Source: Eledone cirrhosa
Taxonomy: Eukaryota
Assembly: GCA_964016885.1 (NCBI GenBank)
Contig: OZ024743.1
Span: 286,068,001 to 286,132,000 of the forward strand
Length of the DNA: 64,000 nucleotides
Direction of reading: 5' to 3'
Shown here: one piece after another, positions 1 to 11,025 of the stretch
How positions within the stretch are numbered: position 1 is the first letter of the stretch
Layout of the letters: each line of letters starts with the position of its first letter
Notes under the pieces: generated by a model
What the model saw: the letters and a program-made list of their open reading frames with translations, nothing else
What the model was told of the DNA's origin: nothing
The model's database searches: none
Position numbers and translations under genes: made by a program

Positions 1-1
1 A

Positions 2-271
2 TCTAATATCCATCGATCTGAAGAGACTTGTTTATCACAACATACAGAAAACTGTGATAAAGAGACAGAAAATCAGAAAGAATTACAGTTAATTTCAGTA
101 ACATCTGCAACAGGCAATATAAGTGAAGACAGTCTCAGCAATAATTCTGATGTAATAGAGATCTCCAGTACCATGTGCACAAATACAGACCCACCTCAAA
201 CATCAAATTCTCTACCATACCCTGTTAGCTTATTTTCAGTGAATGACGGTGGATATACAACTATAGAGTAA
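2..271 (+). CDS. 3' end of terminal coding exon of a tandem paralog of the STPR-BTB gene (5' part outside window)
   Basis: Positions 1-260 align ungapped to 16291-16550. Open frame SNIHRSEETCLSQHTENCDKETENQKELQLISVTSATGNISEDSLSNNSDVIEISSTM...GGYTTIE, stop TAA at 269-271. Confidence 0.85.
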   Translation, partial: SNIHRSEETCLSQHTENCDKETENQKELQLISVTSATGNISEDSLSNNSDVIEISSTMCTNTDPPQTSNSLPYPVSLFSVNDGGYTTIE

Positions 272-849
272 ACATTTTCAATTAAATTTCCCAGTGTATC
301 AGATTTTGTACAAAATATTTGCAATTATTTTTAAATGCAAATCTCAGGTCTGCTTTCATTGTTCAAATTAATCATCTCCACTTTTACATCAGTCTCATTA
401 TATCACTGTTATAATTTGCCTTGACAAATTTTATCTGATATCTGCCTAACTGAACTAATATTTTTTTAGAAAACAAACAGAATATAAATTTCATTTTATG
501 TACTTGGTTTATACAACATATTTTTTGAATTTAAAAAAAAAAATTAAAAAATGAAATAAAGAAATAAAAACGACATTTGATTACTGCCAAATTTTCAATA
601 AATTTTATATAATTTTTGGAGGATAAAAATTCTGAATTTCTATTTTGATTTTATCGATAAACTTTTTGATTTTGTTGAAAAATTTTAATATAAAATGTCT
701 TTTGAAATGTTCGAAAGAAAGTTTTGGTGAATAAATAAAAGGGAAGAAAATAATATTTGTAACCTTCAGTTGTTCAGATTTACTTGTCAATGAGTTTAAC
801 TCTAAACTATCACAGTAAGTACCAGCTAATCTCTGTAAATAACAAGGAT

Positions 850-1165
850 ACCATTTAAGTGATAACTGTTTCAGTGCATGAATGGCATAGCATAAGTGAC
901 CTGAGAGAAAAACCTAGCGTAAAATGAATTGAATGTAGTGTGCAAGAGAGAAGACTGTGTTGGTATGAACATGAGATGCATATAGAAGATGACAGTTGTT
1001 TAAAGAAGTGCAGAGAAATCTCAGTGATTGGAATTTGTGGAAGAAGCAGACTCAGGAAGACAGAATAATGGAGTAAGAACTGATATTAAGAAGCTGAACC
1101 TGACAAAGGGCCACGAGAACTGGTGACCTACTGTACTGAAGAAGACTTGCCTACCAGCATAAAAT
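850..1165 (+). mobile_element. Degenerate RTE-clade LINE 3' fragment
   Basis: Decayed 'LREKL..VQERRLCWYEHEM..EDDSCLKKC' similarity to the RTE C-terminal fragments at 12250-12610, 23700-24020 and 45330-45570. Confidence 0.5.
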
Positions 1166-2627
1166 TTGATGTGACCTGAATTATCCATGTGCCCCTCCCC
1201 TCTACCAGCACTCCTTAGTAGTTATCCTAGCCATGATTGTACACCCCCACCTAATCCGTGGTTTTTAACTATTTCTCACCATCACTGTACATGCCCACTC
1301 CATTCATGCTCCCTTCCACATCATTCCTTAGTAGCTATTCTCACATCATTACACTCCACTCTAAAATCCTGACACAACAGTCATAACACCACAGAAGCTA
1401 CAATCACCACCTCTTAATCATCATATACACCCATGACATTATACTAATCATCCTCATCTGTAGGGTAGCAAGGGCTCTATATTTGAGTCAATAATATAAC
1501 AACCTCTTTAGTGCTGGTGCCACGAAAAAGGCACCCAATACATCTTATAAGGTGATTGGCGATAAGAAGGGTACCCTTCTGTAGAAACCATGCCAAAAAG
1601 GGCCGAGTGGAGTCTTTAGTTAACAGCAGGACATCCTTTCTAGTGTTGATATACTGTAAAGTGGTTGGTGATAAGAAAAGCATTCAGCTGTAGAAAACTT
1701 GCCACACAAAGGGTCAGGAGTACTCTTCAGTCGTGTCAAAAACATGACAACCTGTCTAGTGTTGGTGTTATATGTAAGAGGGATGTAGGCTCCTAGCCGA
1801 AAGATGGATGTTAAATGATGATGATGATCTCTAGTTGTATATTTCCAGCTTATGGAAAGTAGGTGTAACAACTACCTTACATAACAAGTTTGGTGGTTTG
1901 TCTCCTCAGATTATGACCTTTATATATCCAACTTAACAGATAATGAAAGGTTGCACTGGTACATTTTATCTGGTGTGGAATTTCCTCATCAATACCTGTG
2001 GTCTATGATAGATGATTACCCAGGTTTTGAAAACATTGTACATTTTCCAAAAGCTGTCCACATAGCTGGACTTGGTTCCTGCTTGTTAATGCAAGACTTC
2101 TGTTTTACTTAAGTTGATAATTAAACAGACACATGCTCTTATATACATGAGTGGCAATGACAGTAATTATATGCAGTCTTGGTGAAGTTACACTAACTGG
2201 CATCATCTGTGTAATGAAATTCAATGACCAATATCAGTTTTTGTTCTGATATGGTTGAATAGCTTGCTATTTGCGCAATATGAGATTTGGGCACCAAGTG
2301 GGAGTTTGCTCATAGTGAGCTTGAGCATTGTTGAGATTAAGATGAAACAGTGTACGGGCAATTAGGCACCCCTTTCCTTCAAGCTGATCTCAGCTCACCA
2401 ATTACAACCATTTTACATATCTCAACATTTTTTCCAACAATTCCAAAATACATTTATCCATGAAAAATATCTATCATTTTACCCTTTCTGTTAATAATTT
2501 GACCCAAGGCTGATGGATGGGCAGAATTGGTATAGCGTTACACAAAATGCTTTGTTGTATTTAGTTACATTGTGTTAATGAGTTGAAATCATGCCGATAT
2601 CAGCTTTGCATTTCGTCATTGTGGATT

Positions 2628-3300
2628 CATCATCATCATCATCATCATCAGGTTTAGCGTCCGTGTTCCACGCTTGCATGGGTTTGGACGGGGGTTTTCC
2701 CACTTGAGGCAAGAGTGGTTGTCTTGCTCGCATAGGACTGTCTGGCGGGTTTTCTACAGTTGGATGCCCTTCCTAACACCAACCACATTTACAGTGTGGG
2801 GCTGGGAGGTTTTTACCGTGTTGCCTACACGGCCACATTACAGCGTGGACTGTCTGGCGGGTTTTCTACAGCTGGATGCCCTTCCTAACACCAACCACAT
2901 TTACAGTGTGGGGCTGGGAGGTTTTTACCGTGTTGCCTACACGGCCACATTTACAGCGTGGACTGTGTGTTTTTTGTCGTGACACCTACACGATCTCATT
3001 TGTTTCGGCCTGGATGTTGTGGGACCAACATAACTTTACATTGAAAGGGGCGGTGTGGGTGGGGTGGAGGTGGTGGGACGGGGGTGTGTTTTGATAGAGG
3101 TGCCTACTGACTGTAGTAGGTTTTTACTTTGTATTTAGGTAAGGCGGGTCTTCTCTATTACTGAGTACCGCCAAAGGTCTCGGTCCAGTGACATTGTCTT
3201 GGAGAGGTGTAAGCGTGTGAGGTCGGAATTTATCAGCTCGTCCCATGTTTTTCTGGGTCTGCCTACTCCGTGGCTACCGTCTATCTTTATTGCCCTGCAC
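2628..3300 (-). mobile_element. RTE-related element 3' end with (TGA)n tail and internal ~117-bp tandem duplication
   Basis: (CAT)n at 2628-2650 on the + strand. Direct repeat ggactgtctggcggg...acagcgt at ~2735-2846 and ~2847-2960. Motif ggatgcccttcctaacaccaac is shared with 12060, 23280, 31570 and 42930. Confidence 0.55.
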
Positions 3301-4120
3301 TCACTAAATTAATTACAAGCCTGCATTTGGGAGCCATCTTGAATTAATATATCAATGCCCTTCCCACAAAACATTTCTCCTATATACAAAGAAATGATAA
3401 ATATATATAAGAGCAAAAGTTTGTTGATCTTGAAAAGATATCGCCATTTTGCAACGAATCATAACAAAATTAGGCAGAATGTATATCTATCCCAACCGGC
3501 GAATTGGCAGAGTCGTTAGAATGCTTTAACTTTATGGCATTTGTTCTGGCTCTCGGAGTTCAAATCCCACCGAGGTCAATAAAAAAAGTACCAGTCTAGT
3601 ACTGGGGGCTATTCTTCTTCTATATCTATTTCTCATTTCTCCTTTCTATCTTTCTCTGGAAGAAATCTGCTGTACTCAGGCCTGAAGAGGGATGGGTGCC
3701 CAAGAAACGCTGTGTGTCAATATGGCGCCCCTACAACTCTGTCGGGAGTTACGGGAGCATGCATGCATATCTATCCCAGAATATTCCATAATCAAACACT
3801 TTTCGAATCCAATATTCTAATTTTAGAAACAATGAATTATAAAAAAAGAAATACAGAAAAAAATGAACTTCTGTTTGACTGGTAGTGGGAGAGTAAAGAA
3901 ACTGATAGTTGAGGGGGAACAAGTTTTATAAAAAGAATGGACATTCTACCGGAGTGAGAGAGCAAACAGACATTAAAAGGTGAATAAAAGAATTAAAAAA
4001 TGTCTCAATAGTCAGTTTTTAGCAAGACTAAGTTAAGAAGGGAGCCAATACAAAAGCCGGCAATAGCTAGAAAGCTATATTGGCAGCACAATATCAATGT
4101 TCCACCACTAAAAACTACAA

Positions 4121-4644
4121 TCTATATATATAAAATAGATTATGTATGTGTGTGTATGTTTCTGCATAACTTCTAGAACTTGCAACCGATTTTCTTCAAA
4201 TTTGGCACAAACATGTCTTATGCTCCTGACCTTCGTACGAACGCATTACATTTTCAAATTTGTGTCTACTGCGCCCTCTATAAGAGAAAAACACTTAAAA
4301 AATCATTTTTGTCAATAACTTCTACAGTTTACATCCGATTTCCTTCAAATTTGGAACAAACAAGCATTATGTTCCTGTCTTTATTTCATAAGTCATCGGT
4401 TGTACCAGAAAAAGCTTAATTGGTGAAAAAGAGACAGAACGGATCTAAAGTCCCCGCCAACGGTTAGCAACAATAAACCGAGTGTTACTGGTTTATTTTT
4501 TTCACCAAAGAAGTAGGGCACAAACTACAACCTATGTTTCCGCTCCATGTGCGCAACTCATATTTGATTTTTTATTTATACGTGTTACTACAGTTTTGAA
4601 GTTTAATTTTTCCAATCCCATGCAATGCTGGGCTCCACTGCTAG
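4121..4644 (+). mobile_element. Non-autonomous Helitron/DINE-like element
   Basis: 5' TCTATATATA start, (GT)n-like microsatellite, 'ccgatttt..caaatttgg' core repeats, subterminal hairpin CCCA-tgcaatgc-TGGG, 3' CTAG at 4641-4644. Flanked by A and T. Confidence 0.7.
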
Positions 4645-5246
4645 TAGTAAATAAAATAAATAAGAGGTTAATGTCAACTGTAGACTGAGCAGTAAACATT
4701 AAAAAACAATTCACCATCTGGTGGTGTTGTGAAAGAGAGCAGAAACTACCTATAATAATTGATGCTGAATATTTCAAAAATACAAGCTCCATAATGAGAT
4801 TCATAATTTCACTTAATTGAAAAACTAATTAAAGTCAATGAGTGTATAATCATTTTCAAATTATACCCTACTGACTTGAAAAGGTGACATACACATTGAA
4901 TATTGAGGTCTTAGATATGCAATGTTAAAAAAACAGATCAGATGATGGTCATGGGCTGAACAACTACTAGACACAGTATATGCTGTGTGCAAGAACCACA
5001 ACACAATATTCACAAAACAAATCCTATAAAAGCCCTCTAGGCTATTGATGGAGAAGGAGCAAAAGAGTCGCTAACTGTGACATCCCAAATGAGAAATTAT
5101 GATGGGAAATAAAGTAGTAATGCTTTGATCTGAGACAGATGCAAGCACACATTTGTTCTACCATCCCTAGAACAATGTGATCCTCTCGATAAATTTTCAG
5201 TTTCAAAAAAATCTTTGTTCATTTTACAGCTGAGTTTTATTACCAA

Positions 5247-6568
5247 CTAGACCAACCATGACCCATTGGGTCACGTTCACTTCAAAATATTTTTTAAAAT
5301 CATGTTCACTTAAAAATAATTTTTAAATAATTAAAATGTACACAGACATGTATATAATGTGAAATGAAACTGGAAGGCCCATATATATATATATATACGT
5401 GTGTGTATATATATAAATGTATGTGTGCGTATATATATATATCTAGGTGTCTGATCTATATAAACTGGTCATAGACACACACACACACACACACATATAT
5501 CTACTATATAAATTGGAAGTGGTCGGATGTTGTATATGTAGGTGTAGTCGGATAAACGTCGAAACGGCTTGGTGGAATGCAGCAAAAATTTACACAGTTA
5601 TGCAGAATGACCCGAGGAGGCGTTGGGTTGCCTTTCAAGCTACAAGCTTCCATGGTTACGGAGAAAATCGATGAAACAGGAATTTACCATTCAAATTGAA
5701 CTGAGAGTAATCTGTGAGTGCAGAAGTAAATATTTCGAGAAACGTTGCAGCTGAAGGAAAACAGGAAGACGATATTTTGGTTCGTAAAGACGTTCCCTGG
5801 CAATGAACGGAAAAAAAGCGAGGATAATATGTCGTTATGTGGAACGTAAAGAACAATTTCATGCAAAGACGACCAAGTTTATGGTATAAATGGAGTCGTT
5901 AGACTAATATTCTATTTAAAATAACAGAATGATTTCTAGCCCTGGATTTTGAGAATGTTGTAAATAAAATTGAAAACGAAAATGACAGGTTATTAAAATA
6001 GTAAAAGTAAATAGTGAAGATTTAGGCCAGTACATACGTATGCCCCGACGGACATACACATACATACGCACACACAAATACATACACACACATGCACGCA
6101 CACGTGCAAGTATGTATAAACCTTATGCATTTCTACAGTATTTTCACCAAACTTAAGACATAGGTTACTTATGTACTCCGGATGGTCATGGGCACTTTCA
6201 TTTTTCCAGATATTGATTATAGGGCCTCCCGGCAGATAACCCCCTTTAACCACTTCCTTGGAGTCGACTGAAGCACTGCAGTGCAATGCAACAAAACGTC
6301 ATAACTTCTGGAGTTCGCAACCGATTTTCACAAAACTTGACACATGGGCTACGTTTGTCCTAGAGATGAATGTGAACTCTCAGAATTGGCACATATTGAG
6401 TAGGGGATCACTGGGGGCAGGAACCCCCTTTTGGAAAAATCCAATGATTTTGTAAAAGTATACTTTTCGAAGCAGCACTGAAGTATTGACATAAATGGTA
6501 TACACAACTGCTATTTAATACCCGAGCAACGCCGGGTACCTCTGCTAGTATATATATACACACACACA

Positions 6569-6610
<42 letters not shown>

Positions 6611-6903
6611 TACACAACGACACCACCATCTCTCACTCTCTCTATGCCTCTCTTTCAATCTACTTTCTCACAACCACTATCTCTTTCTCTCTATCCTTCT
6701 CTCTCTCTCTCTCTCTTTGTGTTTATGAAAGTATCCCGAAAAGCCACATATCTTGGGAATCCGTGATCTGATTTATGCGAAACTTGTTTTATTCCATTTG
6801 TATTCCCATTTCAGAGGCAACTTCCTTTCAAATTATTTCCCCATTATGCGCCTTTTGTCTGTACAGACAAGCAAGTAATCACATAATTTTAGTAGTATAT
6901 AGA
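5247..6903 (-). mobile_element. Non-autonomous Helitron (family A), interrupted by a second Helitron
   Basis: On the - strand it starts TCTATATACTACTAAAA and ends with hairpin GTGACCC-aat-GGGTCAT then CTAG. Homologous to 26011-26540 and 26541-27534. Confidence 0.75.
5500..6548 (+). mobile_element. Non-autonomous Helitron/DINE-like element nested in family A copy
   Basis: 5' TCTACTATATAAA, 3' hairpin TACCCG-agcaacgc-CGGGTA followed by CTAG. Inserted between A and T, no TSD. Confidence 0.8.
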
Positions 6904-7029
6904 TAGATAGATTATATACAAGAATTGCTAAATTCCTTTTTTTCACTTTCATGATCCTTAAAACAAAAGATAACTAAATTGAGGTAAAAAAACGTGACAT
7001 ATGATTGAATATGCGGGCCTTTTGGATTT

Positions 7030-7480
7030 CGAATATGCTGCAAAGGACTCCCCATCCCCAGAAAACGGAGGATAGAGAGGGGTGGGAACTTGGACTTTTC
7101 AATTCCCTCCCCCGGGTTTTCTTTAACATTTTCTCCCTTAGGTTTTCCAACTAATCTTACGCTCCGAACATGCTGCAAAGGACTTTTATCCTTGGAAAAC
7201 GGAGGGGAAGAGTGGGGGCGCTCGGACTTTCACCCCCAGGAGGAGAGTAGGGGTAAAGAAAACTCCGGGAGAGGGCAGATCCGAGCCTCTCTTGCTCCTC
7301 CGATTTCCAGGTAAAAAAGTCATTTGCACCATGTTCGGAGGTAAGATTAGTTGGTAGCACAGGTAAAAACCGAGGGAAAAATTATAAAGAAAACGAAACC
7401 TCCGAGGATGGGGGTCGGAGAAAAGTCCGTGTCCATCCCTAGTCCGTTTTCCGGGGGGAAATCCTTTGTAGCATATTCAG
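7030..7480. repeat. Direct plus inverted repeat cluster upstream of STPR-BTB gene
   Basis: Unit atgctgcaaaggact..gaaaacggagg..ggactttc at ~7031-7100 and ~7165-7230, inverted at ~7420-7478. Second inverted repeat ccaactaatcttacgctccgaacatg (~7147-7172) / catgttcggaggtaagattagttgg (~7330-7354). Confidence 0.7.
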
Positions 7481-7562
7481 AGGTAAGTTTAATTGATAGC
7501 ACACGAAAAAAGACGACCAAAAATAATTATTTCCCACCGAAATCGATGGGGATGTTCTGTAA

Positions 7563-7790
7563 TAATAGTTTCTACTTTTGGCACAAGGCCAGCAATAATC
7601 CTAGTGTATTACTGGTACTTTATTTTATCGACCCCGTAAGGATGAAAGGCAAAGTTAACCTCGGCGGGATGGTTTCTTATAAGGCCATCCATTTTGGGGG
7701 AGGGGAAAGTCGATTAAATCGATCCCGGTGCGTGACTGGTACTTTATTTATCGACCCCGTAAGGATGGAAGACAAAGTTAAATTCGGCTG
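7563..7790 (-). mobile_element. tRNA-derived SINE fragments (Meta-domain-like), two partial copies
   Basis: Reverse complement of gcctttcatccttacggggtcgataaaataaagtaccag, as in the full copies at 11646, 21870 and 25363. Confidence 0.7.
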
Positions 7791-8444
7791 GAATACTTTA
7801 TCGTTATGTCTTGGTAATATAAATGTTCCTATTTATTGCTATAACTAAATTTCCATCTTTGTGAAAATATTCACATCATAACAAAATGTAACCTCAGAGT
7901 TGTTTAACAAATTCCCAAGGATACTGAATAGCACCGTTTTCGTACGTAAAATTATAACATGAATAATATAACAAATAGTACTAGCCTCGACATTTTATAT
8001 TTATTGTTATTGAGAAGTTATACACGAAATCAATATTGTTATACATAAAATTAAATAAAATACAGAATAATTGATAATTACTCCACCGTCTTTACTTTCC
8101 TCTTATGAAATACGTCTTTGAGTGTGACACTTGTAATAATCCAAACTACGTATCTCGGAAACTGGCGGAAACTTCCGAAAACAAATTCCTTTAAAAGGGA
8201 GGAAAATACAACAAAAAAAAAAGGAAATCAAAAATTCTGTTTGATTATCTGTGATGTCCCCTTCATTCTTGCTATTAATATATTTATTTATGTTACCATA
8301 TTGTTAATATCATCAGCATCAGAGTTTAGATTATCCAAGATTACAATACCTGTCTAATCTCGGATATTGCAGCATCAATCATCTTCAAAGTCGTATCATA
8401 TCGTTTTTGTTTTTTTGGGGGAAATCCGATTAAAGTAACAGATA

Positions 8445-8940
8445 ATGGCAAGACCAAAAAAGTACAAGACTGAAGCGGAAAAACGAGAGGCCAGGCGACA
8501 GCGTGAAAGAATTAAAAGAGCTAATGAAACACCTTTAGAGAGAGATCAAAGACTGATGAAACTATCTATGAATGAATGGAAACGGCGTCGAAGCGAATCA
8601 GCTGAAGAGAGAAATGAGAGACTTAAAAGGTTGTCTGTAAATGCACGAAAGAGACGAGCTAAGGAAACGATACAAGAGAGGAAAGAGAGGCTTAAAAAAT
8701 TGTCTGAGAGCGAAATGAGAAGACGAGCCAGAGAAACGGATGAAGAAAGAAAGAGAAGACTTCGGAAACTCGCTGAATATGCAAAGAACAAGCGTAGTTT
8801 AGAGTCAAACTATCATAGTACTCAACTGGGTAAAATGGCGCGAGACCGAAAGCAAAATTCTAATGGCATTAAAATCGATCTGGCCAGCTGTTTTGATGAC
8901 CAAGACAACAATTACCTGGAGCAAATACAACACGATCCTG
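8445..8940 (+). CDS. STPR-BTB gene exon 1: four tandem 23-aa STPR-type repeats
   Basis: Repeats ETPLERDQRLMKLSMNEWKRRRS / ESAEERNERLKRLSVNARKRRAK / ETIQERKERLKKLSESEMRRRAR / ETDEERKRRLRKLAEYAKNKRSL. ATG at 8445, phase-1 donor G|gtatct at 8941. Confidence 0.85.
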
Positions 8941-9607
8941 GTATCTCTCTCTATCTACTTTTGATTCATTTAAGGGTGATAATAACTAGCATGTATAAAT
9001 TCTACGATCGTCTTTTTATCTCTTATACTCAATATTTTCGTAAATACGAACTCAGTATTTATAAGCTGCCAGCGATTTCGTAATATTTTCAGCTATTTCG
9101 CTAGTGTCCGCGAAAATTTGGCATTAATATCATACAATCTCATTTTCTGTATTGAACTGAGATCTTGTATTTATTTTAAGATCTTAATGTTGATCTATTC
9201 TGTATTAATTTTTGTTTGTTAGGTTTGGACTTGTTTTACCTTTATTTATCCTATGATATTTTGACAACTTTTCACGCATGAATTATATTTCCTTAAATCG
9301 CTATTTCATCTCTTAGTGGCGTGTGTGTGATAGAGGAATCATTAATAAAGTTTCTTTTTCTTCCTACACGTCAACTCGTGGTGGAAAGAGTTGTCATGTT
9401 GCCACAGGCATCGTAAAAATAACAAGTGTTCATAATTTGAATTTTGCCAAAATACTACATTCCAATATAAATATTCGTAAAATGTAAACGGTCAGAATAG
9501 CGAAACACTTTTCTAGACTGTTGTTTGACAGGCACGCTAATCGGATGAAAAGTCGCTTTCGCTTTCAATATTTCCCCGTGACGCAACAGTGATAATGTAA
9601 ACAATCT

Positions 9608-9835
9608 CTCCGTTGCCTCTGCTTTCAAACTTGAATTGCATATAAGTTTGAAAACAGAGGCAACGGAGGAGTTCCAACTGAATCTTGTCCATATGCACAA
9701 GTCTTCAATATCCAAGTGGCTAAAAGGTGTCAGCAGGAGTCATGACTTGGATGCGGCACGGCTCCCTTCGAGTGCAAGTTAACGGCCGAAACACTTGCAA
9801 GAGAGGGGCTTTTTCTGCTGTCCAGCTCTCTCGAA
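9608..9835 (+). mobile_element. Dispersed repeat with terminal fold-back (homolog at ~22815-23065, - strand)
   Basis: 9640-9830 aligns to the reverse complement of ~22815-23065. Positions 9608-9668 form a 25-bp stem with one mismatch and an 11-nt loop. Confidence 0.65.
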
Positions 9836-10611
9836 ATGATTGAACTGAATTTTTCGCCTGTCTGCCACGAACGCTAGACTCTCACAAAATAGTTCTTTAA
9901 ACATTTTTTATTTTATTTAGAATGAATGAAATATAATTAAAAGTGAGACAAAAAAGGGTGAGACAAAAAAGGGTGAGAATAAATGTTCTAAATGGTTTAA
10001 TTCGTGCCAACGATTGTCTCTGTTTGTCTTCTATACGCGAATTGTGTGTGTGTGTAACCCACAAACAGCTTTGTTACAATTTGGTTAAGAAACCGAATAT
10101 TACTTATTATTCCCGTTTGTACTAGTAAAATATGAAACACGCACACGGGAAGTCATTTAATTATTTTTGTTACTTGGAGTTTCTTTTATATATCAAATAA
10201 TTTTCTATCACCTAAGTTACCAGACATATTAGCAATCCTGAAATTATAATTAATATAGTCAGCGTGAAAAAAAAAAAAAAAAAGAAACACCTAATACAGT
10301 TATCACTTAGATTTTTTTGTTTCTACTTTGCAATGGAATCCTTCATACATTTTCGCATCCTCGACTTATTGTTCAGAGCTAGGGTACACAATACCATCTT
10401 AGTTCGTATTTTATACGAAGCAAAAGAAATAAAAAATTAACAGTGTTGTAACTATTCAATCTGTTTGTATTATAAATAGCTCGCGATTCATTCAGAAAGA
10501 TATATTCTTTTAATGTTACAATATTAAAGAAAATGTAAAGGAAGGGGTGAACAACCGAGCCAACACCAGAGCAAAAGACAGCAACGTCGCGAGGAGTATT
10601 GGGCAATCTCT

Positions 10612-11025
10612 CTAATGATTTTTGAGTCGAGCCAGCACACTCGCAGCGTTGCCTCGGGTGATGGCGAGGCTGATGCGCTGAAACAGCCAAGCGCCCTCGC
10701 GAGATTCGCCAGTTACCTCTATTAGGCGAGCCGCCAGTGAAGAGAGGGACCTCGCAGTCAGCGGCCCGACTTCCCCAAACGTCTCGAAAGCCACAGGCTT
10801 AAAAATGTAGCTGGCCGACAGATCAGAGTATTTGTGTTACTCCGCTCCGCTGCGGAAGCTGTGGCTCTCGTCCTAACCGCAGCATCCAGGATGTAGGAAA
10901 GAGCAAAAGAGTCACTAACAATGACGTCCCAGACAAGGCACCTGCCTCTCGACCAGGGGCACAGGGTAAGGCCGTCAGGTCTTTTGCCGTCACTTCTGGA
11001 CAACCCAGATGGTTCCAAGACTGTT
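10612..11025 (-). mobile_element. CRE-clade non-LTR retrotransposon 3' fragment (restriction-like endonuclease)
   Basis: LEPSGLSRSDGKRPDGLTLCPWSRGRCLVWDV ... (frameshift) ... AFETFGEVG ... LFQRISLAITRGNAASVL matches the CRE RLE domain motifs. Confidence 0.8.

Noticed and set aside
2735-2965. Direct repeats resembling a CRISPR-like array
   Set aside because: Two contiguous ~117-bp units without unique spacers, inside a eukaryotic retroelement 3' UTR.
3675-3725. CTGAAGA-ggg..ccc-aa-GAAAC hammerhead-like motif
   Set aside because: Extra bases before GAAA and no stem I pairing. At best a decayed remnant.
7351-7848. 165-aa ORF upstream of the STPR exon
   Set aside because: Runs through an inverted repeat and two antisense SINE fragments, so likely a chance frame.
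8941-9083. C-terminal part of the 212-aa ORF (ISLYLLLIHL...)
   Set aside because: Lies after the GT donor at 8941 and composition switches to intron-like sequence.
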